From a virus, in the IMG/VR virus record IMGVR_UViG_3300010354_000001, positions 32,001 to 96,000 of that record: 64,000 nt of DNA, one strand, 5' to 3'. Both the position numbers and the translations under genes were made by a program. This document shows, in pieces, positions 1-10,866 of this stretch (position 1 is its first letter; every line of letters starts with the position of its first letter). The notes beneath the pieces are model-generated. The model was not told the DNA's origin and did not search any database. It saw only the letters and a program-made list of their open reading frames with translations.

Positions 1-248
1 TGATTAATTGCAGATTCCCAAGCTAGATCCCACTTAGTTAAATCTATGATTACTGGATCTGTCATACTTGCACCTGCGTTGAAGCTGGCTATTACAGTAG
101 TACCTCTACGTAAGTTAATTACTGTAGCTGTAGCACTTGTGTTATGGTAAGTAAGCACTTTCAGTAAGTTAAGAGACTTAGCTGCTGCTGGAAATAGTGT
201 AGCTGCGGTCGTGTTAGTTAGAGTTGCTGTCGCTTGAATATTTTGCAT
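1..248 (-). CDS. hypothetical protein, partial (runs off window edge), Thr/Ala-rich, possibly structural
   Basis: ATG at 248 opens MQNIQATATLTNTTAATLFPAAAKS... with no stop before position 1. Confidence 0.55.
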   Translation of the reverse strand, partial: MQNIQATATLTNTTAATLFPAAAKSLNLLKVLTYHNTSATATVINLRRGTTVIASFNAGASMTDPVIIDLTKWDLAWESAIN

Positions 249-346
249 ACCCAAAGTGTACTATGAGAAAAATTTAATCTACAGGTTTGTAAGTTTAACA
301 CATCCTTAATAAAACTTGGTATAATGATCTCAAAGGAAATGAAAAC

Positions 347-1102
347 ATGAGTAATTTAAAAGAAAAAGTAAAGGATATCCCAGTATTAACTAAAGAAGAA
401 GAGAGAAATCTTTTCGCAAGATTAGGGAATGGGGATAATTCCGTAGTTGATAAGTTAATAGAGCATAACTTAAGATTAGTGGCGAGTATAGCCATAAAAA
501 TCTGCACCTCTAGATTAAGCCTAGATACAGATGACCTAATATCGGAAGGAGTAATAGGATTAAAAACAGCGATCCTTAAGTATGAGTATAAAAGAAACTT
601 AAAATTTAGCACATACGCTACCTACTGGATTAGGCAGGCCATGATTAGGGCCATATACAACAAAAGCAAAATAGTTAGGATTCCTTGCTACATGGAGGAG
701 AGGCTGGCTACTAAACGTAAAGCCTCTAAATACGGCATAGAAGTTTCTGAGGATAACGAACCTTTAGAGGTTATAAGTTTCGTTGATGTGGACTATACTG
801 CGGATTATAGAGGATTGGCTCACGGGGATCTTGCCAGTAACTTAGAGGCTTGGAACGGTAAGCTGGATTCTAATATAACTAGAGCAGAAGCTAAGTTAGA
901 CAGAAGTAGCTTATGTGCTGCTATATCTGAGATAAAAGTGATCTCTCCAAAAGAAAGACGTACTTTTTACTATTCTGTAGCAGGGGAGTCAGTGAAAAAT
1001 ATAGCTAAAAGATTAAGAACTTCTCCAGATAAAGTTAGAGGGGTAGTTAGAAAAGTGACAAATGTTGTTAGAGGAGCTATATCGTGTCAGGATTACTTAT
1101 AA
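347..1102 (+). CDS. sigma70-family RNA polymerase sigma factor
   Basis: Regions 1.2/2: LTKEEE, LIEHNLRLVASIA, DLISEGVIGL, KFSTYATYWIRQAM; degenerate C-terminal HTH. Confidence 0.92.
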   Translation: MSNLKEKVKDIPVLTKEEERNLFARLGNGDNSVVDKLIEHNLRLVASIAIKICTSRLSLDTDDLISEGVIGLKTAILKYEYKRNLKFSTYATYWIRQAMIRAIYNKSKIVRIPCYMEERLATKRKASKYGIEVSEDNEPLEVISFVDVDYTADYRGLAHGDLASNLEAWNGKLDSNITRAEAKLDRSSLCAAISEIKVISPKERRTFYYSVAGESVKNIAKRLRTSPDKVRGVVRKVTNVVRGAISCQDYL

Positions 1103-1245
1103 TGTATACTAGTGCGTTATCTTTTGTTTCTGGTGTATGGTATACTAGGCGTATATACGAGGAAAAAGAGAAAGCTGCGGCCAATGATAGAGCTAAAGCT
1201 GCGGCCAATGATAGAGCTAAAGCTGAGGAGATTGCAAAGAAATGA
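1102..1245 (+). CDS. small hypothetical protein with internal KAAANDRA duplication
   Basis: 47-aa ORF overlapping both neighbours; 24-bp tandem duplication at 1171-1225. Confidence 0.5.
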   Translation: MYTSALSFVSGVWYTRRIYEEKEKAAANDRAKAAANDRAKAEEIAKK

Positions 1246-2294
1246 ACGAAGATCAATGTGTAACAAGAACTAAGATAGAATCAGTAGTGCCCATCCCTAA
1301 TGCGGATAGAATAGAATCTCTTAAACTTAGTAACGGATTCCAAGTAAGTTGGAATAAAAATGTATATAAGGAAGGAGAGGAAGTTCTATATATAAGAGAG
1401 CAGGCCGTACTACCTCCTAAATTAATTACTGAGTTAGGCTTAGACGGTATGTTATCTGGCAATGCTAAGAATAGAGTTAAAGCTAGAAGGTTTAAGCAAG
1501 TCTATTCAGAAGGCTTGTTAATGAAGGCAGAATCTACTAAAACTTTACCAGAAGAAGAGTTGGATAAATTCTTTGAAATTACTAAATATGTCCCAGCTCC
1601 TCCTAGAGGTACTGGAGCTAAAAATCTATACGGTGATGTCTTCTATTTAGGTGCAGTTGCAGATTTTGAAGTGCATAAATTCAAAGATAGGATTCCTCCT
1701 TCTGTGGATAAATTTGACATAGTGACTGAGAAGATACATGGCACTAATGTAAGAATTGGTAAAGTAGAAGTAAAACCTCTAAAAAGATGGTTTCATAAAA
1801 TAACTAAATTTTTAGGGATAAGAGTTAAAGGTAGACTATTCGGCCCTAACTGTGATATGTACGTCTGTTCCAAAGGTCAAGGTAATAAAGGATTAGTCTT
1901 TCATGATTATGTAGATAATGCTTATACTAGAATATTTAAGAAGTATCAAGAGTCTTTTAAATACTTTAAACCTGGAGATTATTTAGTAGGGGAAATTGCA
2001 GGGCCTAATATTCAGAAAGGTTTTGATTATGGGCTAGCTGAAGATGATTTATTTGTGATAGATTTTAAAGGTAATTTAGTTGCGACTGGCGATAAATTTA
2101 TTAGGGCTACTCCTGCAATTACTATAGACTGCACTATTGAGGATTTCTTTAAACTGGACATAGAAACTCTTGACACAAAGGTAAGTGAGAACTCTCACAT
2201 GGCTGAAGGAATAGTAGGTAAGTCTGGGAAATTTATGATGAAGAGAGTATCCGAAAGATACAAGTTGAGGAGTGATGGAACTGAGTTCAATTGA
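1242..2294 (+). CDS. RNA ligase, Rnl2-like/DRB0094 family
   Basis: N-terminal PIPNADRIE OB-like domain; motif I TEKIHGTN; GEIAGPNIQ; EGIV and K motifs. Confidence 0.85.
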   Translation: MNEDQCVTRTKIESVVPIPNADRIESLKLSNGFQVSWNKNVYKEGEEVLYIREQAVLPPKLITELGLDGMLSGNAKNRVKARRFKQVYSEGLLMKAESTKTLPEEELDKFFEITKYVPAPPRGTGAKNLYGDVFYLGAVADFEVHKFKDRIPPSVDKFDIVTEKIHGTNVRIGKVEVKPLKRWFHKITKFLGIRVKGRLFGPNCDMYVCSKGQGNKGLVFHDYVDNAYTRIFKKYQESFKYFKPGDYLVGEIAGPNIQKGFDYGLAEDDLFVIDFKGNLVATGDKFIRATPAITIDCTIEDFFKLDIETLDTKVSENSHMAEGIVGKSGKFMMKRVSERYKLRSDGTEFN

Positions 2295-2411
2295 GCTATT
2301 AGCTAATATCGCGGTTATACTTATGGGTTTAGAGTCCGCAGGTAGATACGTTACAAAACATATCCCTACTTTTTATAGATATGTTACTAGAATGTTAATA
2401 TCTATGATATT

Positions 2412-3569
2412 ATGGGTATTAAAAAAGGTGAGAAAATGATAATCAAAACACTATATAAATTAGACACTAAAGGTAAAACAAGAGTATTGCACATGCACTT
2501 GGAAGGGGATAGTTATTATACTTCTCACGGCATTTTAAACGGCAAAATCATTACCGACAAACCCACAAAAGCCGTTCCTAAAAACGTAGGTAGGGCTAAT
2601 GCTACTACGGCAGAAGAGCAGGCTAAATTGGAAGCTGAGGCTAAGATCACTAAGAAAATTGAAGAGGGGTACTTCGAGAATTTAGAAGACATAAGCGAAG
2701 GAGTAAGTTTCTTTGAACCTATGTTAGCTCATAAGTTTAATGAAAAGTTTAAGCCTACTAGTGCTGAGATTTATTCACAGCCTAAGCTAGATGGCATTAG
2801 AGCTATTGCAAGAAGAGAGAAAGGCGAGATAGTCTTAAGAACCAGAAACGGTAAAGTTATAGTCCCTTGTGAAGCTATAGAGCGTGCATTATCTTCTTTT
2901 CTGCCTGAAGATGTTATCTTAGACGGGGAGCTGTATAATCACGAGTTTAAGGATGACTTTAATAAGATAGTATCGCTAGTGAAAAAATCTAAACCAGATG
3001 CTAGCGAAATACAAGAAGCGAATAAACTGATACAGTATCATGTATATGATGTAGTATCTACGTTAGCTCCTAATGCACCCTTCTTTAAAAGAGTGGCAGA
3101 TTTAGCAGTTCTAGAATCTGACATTAGAGACAGGGGAGCTCATTTAGAGATTAAAGTAGTTCCTACACTAATACTCAAAGGCGATGACTTAAAAGCTATA
3201 GATGCTGTATACGAATACTATCTAAAAGAGGGTTATGAAGGTCAAATGATTAGACTTAACACTAAGTATGAGAATAAGAGAAGTAACGGATTACTTAAAC
3301 GTAAAGAGTTCTTGTCTGAGGAATTTGAGATAGTAGCTATAAACGAAGGTATAGGTAATAGAGCTGGTACAGCAGGCAATGCTACCCTTAAACTTTCAGA
3401 TGGTAGAACATTTAGCTCTAATATAAAAGGGGATAGAGAGTTTGTGGCTGAGCTATTAAATAATGCAAAGTCAGTGATTGGTAAAAAAGCTACAGTAGTA
3501 TTTTTCAACTACACCCCAGACGGAATACCTAGATTTCCATTTGTACATTCTATAAGGGATTACGAATAA
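2412..3569 (+). CDS. ATP-dependent DNA ligase
   Basis: PMLA, QPKLDGIR, LDGELY, YHVYD, GYEGQM, PRFP. Confidence 0.93.
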   Translation: MGIKKGEKMIIKTLYKLDTKGKTRVLHMHLEGDSYYTSHGILNGKIITDKPTKAVPKNVGRANATTAEEQAKLEAEAKITKKIEEGYFENLEDISEGVSFFEPMLAHKFNEKFKPTSAEIYSQPKLDGIRAIARREKGEIVLRTRNGKVIVPCEAIERALSSFLPEDVILDGELYNHEFKDDFNKIVSLVKKSKPDASEIQEANKLIQYHVYDVVSTLAPNAPFFKRVADLAVLESDIRDRGAHLEIKVVPTLILKGDDLKAIDAVYEYYLKEGYEGQMIRLNTKYENKRSNGLLKRKEFLSEEFEIVAINEGIGNRAGTAGNATLKLSDGRTFSSNIKGDREFVAELLNNAKSVIGKKATVVFFNYTPDGIPRFPFVHSIRDYE

Positions 3570-4417
3570 TGCCAAAAAAGATTAACAGCCCTATAAGATA
3601 TCCAGGTGGTAAATCTAAATACTTTAATCTATTCGAGAAGTATGTAGCTAAAGGGGATTTTGATACTTTCATAGAGCCTTTCGCAGGCGGAGCGAGCATA
3701 GGTATTAATACTATGATCCTGCATCCTAAAAAGCAATATATTCTTAACGATAAACATGAAGGAGTTTATGCTTTCTGGAAAGAGGTTTGCGACTATGCTT
3801 ATGTTGGAGATTTCTTGCCGTTGAGCATACCTTTAGTAGCTAAAGTAAAAGAAATCCAAGCTAGATTTCAAGATAACGGTAAAGCTCTTTATGAGCTCTG
3901 TAGGATTTTTGAATCGAAAGATATACTAACGCAAGCGGCTAAATTCTTTATACTTAATAGAATTACTTTCTCTGGCACAGCAGATAGTGGAGGTTACTCT
4001 GAATCTGCATTTAAAAGCAGGTTTACAGAATCCTCTATAGAGAGATTGTCAGATTGCGTAAGACTGTTTAGTCACAGAAAAGTATCAGTATTTAACAAGA
4101 ACGCTGTAGATCTTTTGGCTAATTATAATAACGAGGATACATTAGTTTACCTAGATCCTCCATACTATACAGCTAAAAAACTTTATGGATTCAGAGGTAA
4201 ATTACATGATGAGTTTAACCATCAAGAACTTAAACTTTTCTTAAGAAACAGAGCTAAGTTTAAATGGTTTATGTCTTATGATAACTGCGAGTGGGTAAGT
4301 GAAGCTTACAAAGGTTTTAACAAAGAGTTAATAAATTTAAGATATGGTATGGATAACGCAGGGGGTAATTCCTGTAAGATAGGAAATGAAGTTATTATAT
4401 CTAACTTTGTGGTATAA
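3569..4417 (+). CDS. DNA adenine methyltransferase, D12/Dam family
   Basis: RYPGGKS, EPFAGG, YLDPPY. Confidence 0.92.
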   Translation: MPKKINSPIRYPGGKSKYFNLFEKYVAKGDFDTFIEPFAGGASIGINTMILHPKKQYILNDKHEGVYAFWKEVCDYAYVGDFLPLSIPLVAKVKEIQARFQDNGKALYELCRIFESKDILTQAAKFFILNRITFSGTADSGGYSESAFKSRFTESSIERLSDCVRLFSHRKVSVFNKNAVDLLANYNNEDTLVYLDPPYYTAKKLYGFRGKLHDEFNHQELKLFLRNRAKFKWFMSYDNCEWVSEAYKGFNKELINLRYGMDNAGGNSCKIGNEVIISNFVV

Positions 4418-4441
4418 TGAAAGCGTAAAGGAAAACAAACA

Positions 4442-5563
4442 ATGAAAAGATTAATATTAATTATAAGCTTAATGCTTCTAAGTAGCAAGGCAATGGCTTG
4501 CTCTTACCATACTAAAATTAACTTTAAAACTTCTAGGGCCACATGGAACGGTGATGGTGCTTTTACTTGTGGAAATAACACCTGCTACCAAGAGAATTTA
4601 AAATATACTTATTGGAAACCTGTTAATGAAAATAAATTAAGGCTACCTAAGTTTAGATTTTCTGAGGATATACCAAAGCCGATTAGAGATTTAGTGTTAT
4701 TAAAAATAGAAAAAGATTTATTAGGTTTACCCGCAGGTGTTCTGGAAAATGAGATAGTGGAAAATGAGGCTGCCTTTGCAACTGGAGTAGATGATTGGTT
4801 TAATTTCGCTGTCATCTACCCTAATGATACCCCTTATTTTAGAGCTTTATTGGCTTACGCTAATTTACAAAAAGATAATTTTAGATTGGATGAAAACAAA
4901 AATATGTATGAAGTTTTAGGTGGCAATCTTAGGCTAGTCAGTTTCTTTTTAGATAGAGAAGATTTAACCGTAGATGCTAAAGCTAACGTATTAGTGCATG
5001 AGTTCTTGCACTATTTTTTAAATCATTCTCAAGGCGATACGGTCAAATATGATTACTTATTTAAAGGATCTAAAAAAAGACAGTGGGTAATGGGCAAGAT
5101 AGGAGAATCAGTGCCAATCATGTACCCTACCCCAGCATTAGGTAAAGCTAAGATCATGCAAGAAGATGTAGCTCAGTTCAGAGAAGTCATAGGATTGCCC
5201 CAAGATAAGGATACTACTACTGTATCTGGAGTAGTAACTTGGAACAGTGTTTTAGTTAAGGCTGCTAGATTAACTTTTATTAACTTAGAGAATCCAGACT
5301 GGACTCAGAATGTTGAAATAGATGGTCTAAGAGCTGGTGATGGAAGCTTTACTGTTTACGGACTAAAGAAAGGAACTTATGAGATTAGACTCGAAGCTGT
5401 AAATCCAATGTTTGCAGATTTAACTGCTTGGAACAAGTTTAAAGACAAGCCAGTGAATATGCCGACTGCGGTTTTCCTTAAAAACAAAAAAGGTAGGAAG
5501 ATTAAATTTGTTTCGGACATAGATAAGAATATTAATTTAGATTTTAGGAGTGTTGAAATATGA
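4442..5563 (+). CDS. secreted metzincin/matrixin-like Zn metalloprotease with C-terminal beta-sandwich
   Basis: Signal peptide; HEFLHYFLNH zinc motif; Met-turn PIMYP; DGSFTVYGLKKGTYEI carboxypeptidase-regulatory-like motif. Confidence 0.7.
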   Translation: MKRLILIISLMLLSSKAMACSYHTKINFKTSRATWNGDGAFTCGNNTCYQENLKYTYWKPVNENKLRLPKFRFSEDIPKPIRDLVLLKIEKDLLGLPAGVLENEIVENEAAFATGVDDWFNFAVIYPNDTPYFRALLAYANLQKDNFRLDENKNMYEVLGGNLRLVSFFLDREDLTVDAKANVLVHEFLHYFLNHSQGDTVKYDYLFKGSKKRQWVMGKIGESVPIMYPTPALGKAKIMQEDVAQFREVIGLPQDKDTTTVSGVVTWNSVLVKAARLTFINLENPDWTQNVEIDGLRAGDGSFTVYGLKKGTYEIRLEAVNPMFADLTAWNKFKDKPVNMPTAVFLKNKKGRKIKFVSDIDKNINLDFRSVEI

Positions 5564-5925
5564 AAATAGTATACCCAGATTATATGCCTGATTGGAGCGG
5601 TTCACGAGGCCGTCTATACCCCTCTAAAGGAGAGGTATTGGAGACAAATCCCCAAGTTAAGGGGATGTCCGAAAAGCAAAGAAAACTGTTGCAGAGGCAC
5701 CACATTGACCTAGATCGAATGAATCCAGATCCTAAAAACATTCACCTTCTCGATGCCGAAACTCACGAGGGAGTACACAAACAAGAAAGAGCCTTATCCT
5801 CTGCCTTAATTAAGGCAGGAATCATAGGATACGATAGAGAGAATCCACACTACTTTATAGCAGACAGTAATGTTAGAAGGGTTTTGCAGAAAATGTTTGG
5901 GGGAGGGGGTACATCGAATGACTAA
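5560..5925 (+). CDS. HNH endonuclease-like protein (paralog of 48776-49219)
   Basis: HHIDLDRMN...NIHLL...H...H. Confidence 0.7.
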   Translation: MKIVYPDYMPDWSGSRGRLYPSKGEVLETNPQVKGMSEKQRKLLQRHHIDLDRMNPDPKNIHLLDAETHEGVHKQERALSSALIKAGIIGYDRENPHYFIADSNVRRVLQKMFGGGGTSND

Positions 5926-6373
5926 AAGAATTAAAGAGCTATTTGCCGCTGTTATGCATAGGGCCTACACTGAAGAGTGTGCAGACACCGAGTCATTAGT
6001 GGCTATGGAGGAATTGCAAGGACTTGTAGATAAACTAATAGACGAGAATAAGATACTTAATCTTATGACCAAGACTAGTGATGCAGCTACAGGAATTATA
6101 AACGACCAAAAACTGCATGGGTTACTGCTTAAGTTTTATGATATGTTTACAGAACACTTTCCACCAGAAGATGATTTTAAAATAGATGTAGACTTTGATC
6201 CTGAAGATGAAATAAACGAAGATAGAATAGTCATAACAGTGATGACCAGATCAGACGATCTGGAAGGTTACTTAGATAAATATTTTTTAGTTTATCAGGA
6301 GTTAGATCAGGCTAGAAAATTATTAGCTCCTGAGTGTAAGCATGTAGGATTTGGTATACAGTATGTGGAGTAG
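5918..6373 (+). CDS. hypothetical protein
   Basis: Operon-packed ORF; ATG 5918 follows GGAGGGGG. Confidence 0.6.
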   Translation: MTKRIKELFAAVMHRAYTEECADTESLVAMEELQGLVDKLIDENKILNLMTKTSDAATGIINDQKLHGLLLKFYDMFTEHFPPEDDFKIDVDFDPEDEINEDRIVITVMTRSDDLEGYLDKYFLVYQELDQARKLLAPECKHVGFGIQYVE

Positions 6374-6376
6374 GTT

Positions 6377-7357
6377 ATGAGAGTTTTAAGTTTATTTGAT
6401 GGTTGCGGGATGTGTTATCAAGCTTTGAAAGAAGCTGGCATACAAGTGAGTAAGTATTATGCTTCTGAGATAGATAAATTTGCTATGCAGATAGCTAATA
6501 AAAATCATCCAAACATAATCCAGTTGGGGGATATTACCTTATTAGATGAGGCTAAACTTTTAGAGCTTGGCGAAATAGATTTAATTTGTGCAGGCTTCCC
6601 CTGCACTAGTTTATCCATAGCAGCGAGGCAGAAAGAATCAGGACTAGAGAAAGGGCAATCCACCTTATTTTATGAAGCTTTGAGGGTCTTAAGTACTGTA
6701 AAACCTAAGTATTTTTTAATAGAGAATGTGGCTTCGATGAAACATTCTGATAGAGATAAGATAACAGAAGCTTTAGGCGTAGAACCTATTATGATAAATT
6801 CTGCACTTGTTACAGCTCAGTCTCGTAAGAGATATTATTGGACTAATATTCCTAACGTAACTCAGCCAGAAGATAGAGGTATTTTACTAAAAGATGTGTT
6901 AGATAGTGGGTTTACTGAGAGGCACAAGTCGTTATGCGTCACGGCTAGTTACCATAAAGTATGTCCTAATGATTATTTTTTATTCGGCAATAGGCAGATG
7001 ATATTTACTAAACCTGTTTTCTTAGGGGGCGTTCCAAGTAAAAACCACACCAAAGGTTATGGGCAAGGGAATAGAGTTTACTCCGTAGAAGGTAAATCGG
7101 TAACATTATCCGCTAACGGAGGAGGTAAAGGAGCTAAGACTGGACTTTATGAAATGAAGGAGTTAGTAACTAATGAACTAAAACCGATAGTTAGGAGATT
7201 GTCTACTCTAGAATGTGAAAGACTACAAGGCTTACCAGAAGGGTATACAGAGGGGGTTAGTGAAACTCAGAGATACAGGATGATCGGTAATGGTTTTACT
7301 GTTCCAGTTATTTCTCATGTATTGAGAGGCGTGGGTCACGTGAGTGAGGTGGTTTAG
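6377..7357 (+). CDS. DNA cytosine-5 methyltransferase
   Basis: LSLFDGCG, GFPC, IENV, QSRKR, ERLQG, IGNG. Confidence 0.93.
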   Translation: MRVLSLFDGCGMCYQALKEAGIQVSKYYASEIDKFAMQIANKNHPNIIQLGDITLLDEAKLLELGEIDLICAGFPCTSLSIAARQKESGLEKGQSTLFYEALRVLSTVKPKYFLIENVASMKHSDRDKITEALGVEPIMINSALVTAQSRKRYYWTNIPNVTQPEDRGILLKDVLDSGFTERHKSLCVTASYHKVCPNDYFLFGNRQMIFTKPVFLGGVPSKNHTKGYGQGNRVYSVEGKSVTLSANGGGKGAKTGLYEMKELVTNELKPIVRRLSTLECERLQGLPEGYTEGVSETQRYRMIGNGFTVPVISHVLRGVGHVSEVV

Positions 7358-7914
7358 TGGAAAATGTAGTGGAAGAGATTGCCTATCGTTTGTTAGAGTC
7401 TTATAAAATCAAGAAGCCAATAGTAAACCCTTTTGATTTAGCTAACAAAAATGGACTCAAAATAATTTATTTTAGCCCGAGTAAGGAAGAGTTCAAGGAC
7501 GTATCTGGTGCGTTAGATAAGGCGAAGAAAACTATATTTATCAACAAGGAAGAACCAGCGGAAAGGCAATTGTTTACAGCCGCTCACGAATTAGGACATT
7601 ATCTGTTAGGGTACAAGACGGAAGATGTCTTGTATAGGTTAGATAGCTTTTCTAATAATGATGATAAACAAGAGAGGGAGGCTAATTTTTTTGCTGCATG
7701 TTTATTAATACCTGAATACATGTTAGATGATGTTTGCAGGGAATACCAGTTTAGGCTACGTGGAGATGAGGTAAAATTATCAAAAATATTTGGGGTCAGT
7801 CTAAGTTTTATGACGTACAGGCTTAAGCATTTACTTAGGTCTAAGATAAGAAACACTTACCTAGAAGAAGAAATTCAAGAAGGCAATCCTTTTGATGACG
7901 AATTTAAGTGTTAG
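7357..7914 (+). CDS. ImmA/IrrE-family metallopeptidase
   Basis: FTAAHELGH and EREANFFAACLLIP. Confidence 0.88.
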   Translation: MENVVEEIAYRLLESYKIKKPIVNPFDLANKNGLKIIYFSPSKEEFKDVSGALDKAKKTIFINKEEPAERQLFTAAHELGHYLLGYKTEDVLYRLDSFSNNDDKQEREANFFAACLLIPEYMLDDVCREYQFRLRGDEVKLSKIFGVSLSFMTYRLKHLLRSKIRNTYLEEEIQEGNPFDDEFKC

Positions 7915-8308
7915 TAAGGATAAAGAGATAATCAGTCTCTTAGAGACAGAAATTGATGCACCAAACTTAGCACAAGAGGAAGATTCCTCGCAATTAAGGG
8001 AATTAGAAGCAGCAGCAGAAGCAGCAAGGGCACAGAGACAATTAGAAATAAAAGAAAAAGCTGATATTCTCGGAATGCGGCAAACTTGGAGTAACTATAT
8101 TTTGTTAGCTATATGCTTATTGACTTGTGCAAATTTATTGTTCTGTTTAAGTGCTATTTTTTACCATAATCACAACTTGTACCATGTGCAATATAGCGAT
8201 AGCGTATTAATAACTCTACTTACTAGTGGTGCGTGTGAAATGTTTGGGCTAGCTTTTATAGTTGCTCGTTTCTTGTTCTCGTCCACTGGCGATAAAACTA
8301 CAACATGA
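7892..8308 (+). CDS. two-TM membrane protein coupled to the ImmA/IrrE gene
   Basis: Two hydrophobic segments; overlaps upstream stop. Confidence 0.6.
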   Translation: MMTNLSVSKDKEIISLLETEIDAPNLAQEEDSSQLRELEAAAEAARAQRQLEIKEKADILGMRQTWSNYILLAICLLTCANLLFCLSAIFYHNHNLYHVQYSDSVLITLLTSGACEMFGLAFIVARFLFSSTGDKTTT

Positions 8309-8434
8309 GTTCACGCTTAAAGGGATGATTCCGAATGAGTTTGCTTTTAGATGGAATAATAGGGGGATTGAAGATATGTTTGGGTTAATTGTTAGAAGAG
8401 GAGTTTTAGTTTAGTAGGCTAAACTAGAGTTAAT

Positions 8435-9559
8435 ATGGCAAACAAATTATTGCATAAAGCAAAGAAATCAAAAAGTGATGAATTTTACACGCAATATATT
8501 GACATTCAAAAAGAAGTTGAAGCCTATCTAGAGTATAACCCTGACACATTCAGAGATAAAGTAGTTTACTGTAACTGTGACGACCCGTTTGAAAGTAATT
8601 TTTTTCGTTATTTCATATTGAACTTTGAACGAATTGGGTTAAAACGGCTCATTACAACAAGTTATAGACCCTCACCTGTTGCTAATACTCAATTAAGATT
8701 GTTTGGTGACGATGACACTGTCAAACAAAAAAAAGGTCGCCCTAAAATAACAGCCAATAAATTTATTATAAACTCAATTGGCGACATAGATGATGACGGT
8801 GAGTTCAGCCTAAAAGATGTTGCGTTACAACTAAAACAAAACAAGAAGAACGAATGGACACTTTTGGATAGTGACGGTGATTTTCGCAGTGCAGAATCTA
8901 TTGAGTTATTGAAACAATCCGACTTTGTAGTAACCAATCCACCATTTAGTCTTTTCCGAGAATTTGTAAAGCAGCTTGTTGATTACGACAAGAAATTCTT
9001 AATCATTGGAAATATTAACGCTATTACTTATAAGGAAGTTTTTCCCTTAATTAGAGAGAATAAAATATGGTTAGGTACGGGTATGGGGCGATGGATTTCT
9101 GGGTTTATTGTTCCAGAATCGTATGAATTATATGGTACTGAGGCACGAATTGATGAAGATGGTAATAGAATAGTGGCGACAAATAATTGCCTTTGGCTTA
9201 CAAATTTAGACCACGGTAAAAGACACCAACCGCTACCCTTAATGACAATGGCTGACAATATTAAATTCAGCTCACACAAGGATGTGAAGGGGAAGAAATA
9301 TGAAAGATATGACAATTACAATGCAATTGAAATTCCATACACTGACGCTATTCCAAGTGATTATGATGGCATAATGGGTGTGCCAATTACATTTTTGGAT
9401 AAATACTCGCCTGATCAATTTGAAATAATTGGTATGGCAGAAGATAATGGCCGCGGTTATTCTGGAGGTGTAATGATTGACCCCAAAGGTAATTCACATG
9501 CTACTTTACCAAATGGGAAGCACATGTATAAAAGAATATTTATTAGGCATAAAAAATAA
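8435..9559 (+). CDS. adenine methyltransferase, M.EcoRI-like family (orphan)
   Basis: KSDEFYT, VYCNCDDP, GDFRS, VVTNPPFSLFRE, MGVPITFLDKY. Confidence 0.88.
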   Translation: MANKLLHKAKKSKSDEFYTQYIDIQKEVEAYLEYNPDTFRDKVVYCNCDDPFESNFFRYFILNFERIGLKRLITTSYRPSPVANTQLRLFGDDDTVKQKKGRPKITANKFIINSIGDIDDDGEFSLKDVALQLKQNKKNEWTLLDSDGDFRSAESIELLKQSDFVVTNPPFSLFREFVKQLVDYDKKFLIIGNINAITYKEVFPLIRENKIWLGTGMGRWISGFIVPESYELYGTEARIDEDGNRIVATNNCLWLTNLDHGKRHQPLPLMTMADNIKFSSHKDVKGKKYERYDNYNAIEIPYTDAIPSDYDGIMGVPITFLDKYSPDQFEIIGMAEDNGRGYSGGVMIDPKGNSHATLPNGKHMYKRIFIRHKK

Positions 9560-9633
9560 AAATTAATAATCCCTTATTGACATCTTAACTTTTATTGTTT
9601 ATAATGAAAGCAGGAAAACAAAAAGGAGAAATT

Positions 9634-10196
9634 ATGAATAACGACAAGCTTAAAGAATTATTAACAGGATTTACTAGAGTTAAAGAACTTGCTACCGAAG
9701 TTAAGGAAGCCTACAAAACAATCAAAGAGATTAGAAGTTTAGCTAACACTATGCCTGAATGTGATGCAAGAACTAACATAGTCAATCAAGTAGAGTTACT
9801 TGAAGTAGAGGCTGCATTAAACGAGTTAGCTATACACAATAAGACAGATAAACTACTAGCTTTGCAGGAGGAGATACTTAAAGAGCATAAATTATTTCTT
9901 AGATACGAGGGCGAAGCTGAAGAGTTTAAAGAGAAAATGTTAGAAGTTAATCCAGAATATTATTACCACGAAAGTTTAGGGGGTACTAAATAATGGAGAT
10001 CATTGGAGTTTGTGTAGCCATACCAGTTCTAGCTACTATGCTAGGAACCTTTATAGCTATGCTATTATGTTTAATACCGCTTGTTTTGTGGGTTGTGTAC
10101 ACCGCATTTCCTACTAGCTGGATAGGTATTAAGATTAAAGATTTAGGAAATTACGTAGATAGAAAAATGTTGGAGAATTATGACAGAAACCATTAA
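9634..10196 (+). CDS. two small hypothetical ORFs (9634-9993; 9993-10196 membrane)
   Basis: ORF track, RBS AGGAG, overlapping stop/start. Confidence 0.6.
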
Positions 10197-10866
10197 GATA
10201 GTATTAGATCACGGAATAGGTGAGGTAGAATTAATAAGAGCCTCTGGTAGCGACCTAGACGTGATTAACGCAGCTAGGATCTCGTATTCTAAAGTAAAAA
10301 CAGAGCTAGATGAGGCTGATAAAAAATTAATTAAGTATTTAGTTAACCATAACCACGTTTCTACGCTAGAGCATAATTATATTACTTTTAGAGTAAGGTG
10401 TCCTAAGCCTTTAGCAGTTCAGTGGATGAGGCACAAATCATGGTCTTTTAATGAGACCTCTTATAGGTACTGCAAGATGGAGGAGGAGTTCTACACTCCG
10501 CAAAATATAAGAAAGCAGCACGAGTCCTCCAAGCAAGCCAGTACAGATTTTGAGTTTCCAGAAGAGGATGCTGCACATATTAAAAACATATATAATAATA
10601 GCTACAAAGTAGCTCACTCTGCATATAAGCAATTATTAGAGAAAGGTGTAGCCAGAGAACAGGCTAGAATGATTTTACCTTTTGGATTCTTTACAGAGTT
10701 CTGGGCCACTTGCAATCTACGCTCCTTCATGCACTGGTACTTAGCTAGGGTGGATACTCATGCTCAGTGGGAAATTCAGGAGCTAGCTAAAGCAGCTATG
10801 TCCTTGATTAAAGATAAATACCCAGTAACTATCCAAGCAATTCTTGACAAAGGAGGTAACAAATGA
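10180..10866 (+). CDS. thyX: flavin-dependent thymidylate synthase
   Basis: AARISY, H.STLEH, QWMRHKSWSFNETSYRY, REQAR, AQWEI. Confidence 0.95.
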   Translation: MTETIKIVLDHGIGEVELIRASGSDLDVINAARISYSKVKTELDEADKKLIKYLVNHNHVSTLEHNYITFRVRCPKPLAVQWMRHKSWSFNETSYRYCKMEEEFYTPQNIRKQHESSKQASTDFEFPEEDAAHIKNIYNNSYKVAHSAYKQLLEKGVAREQARMILPFGFFTEFWATCNLRSFMHWYLARVDTHAQWEIQELAKAAMSLIKDKYPVTIQAILDKGGNK

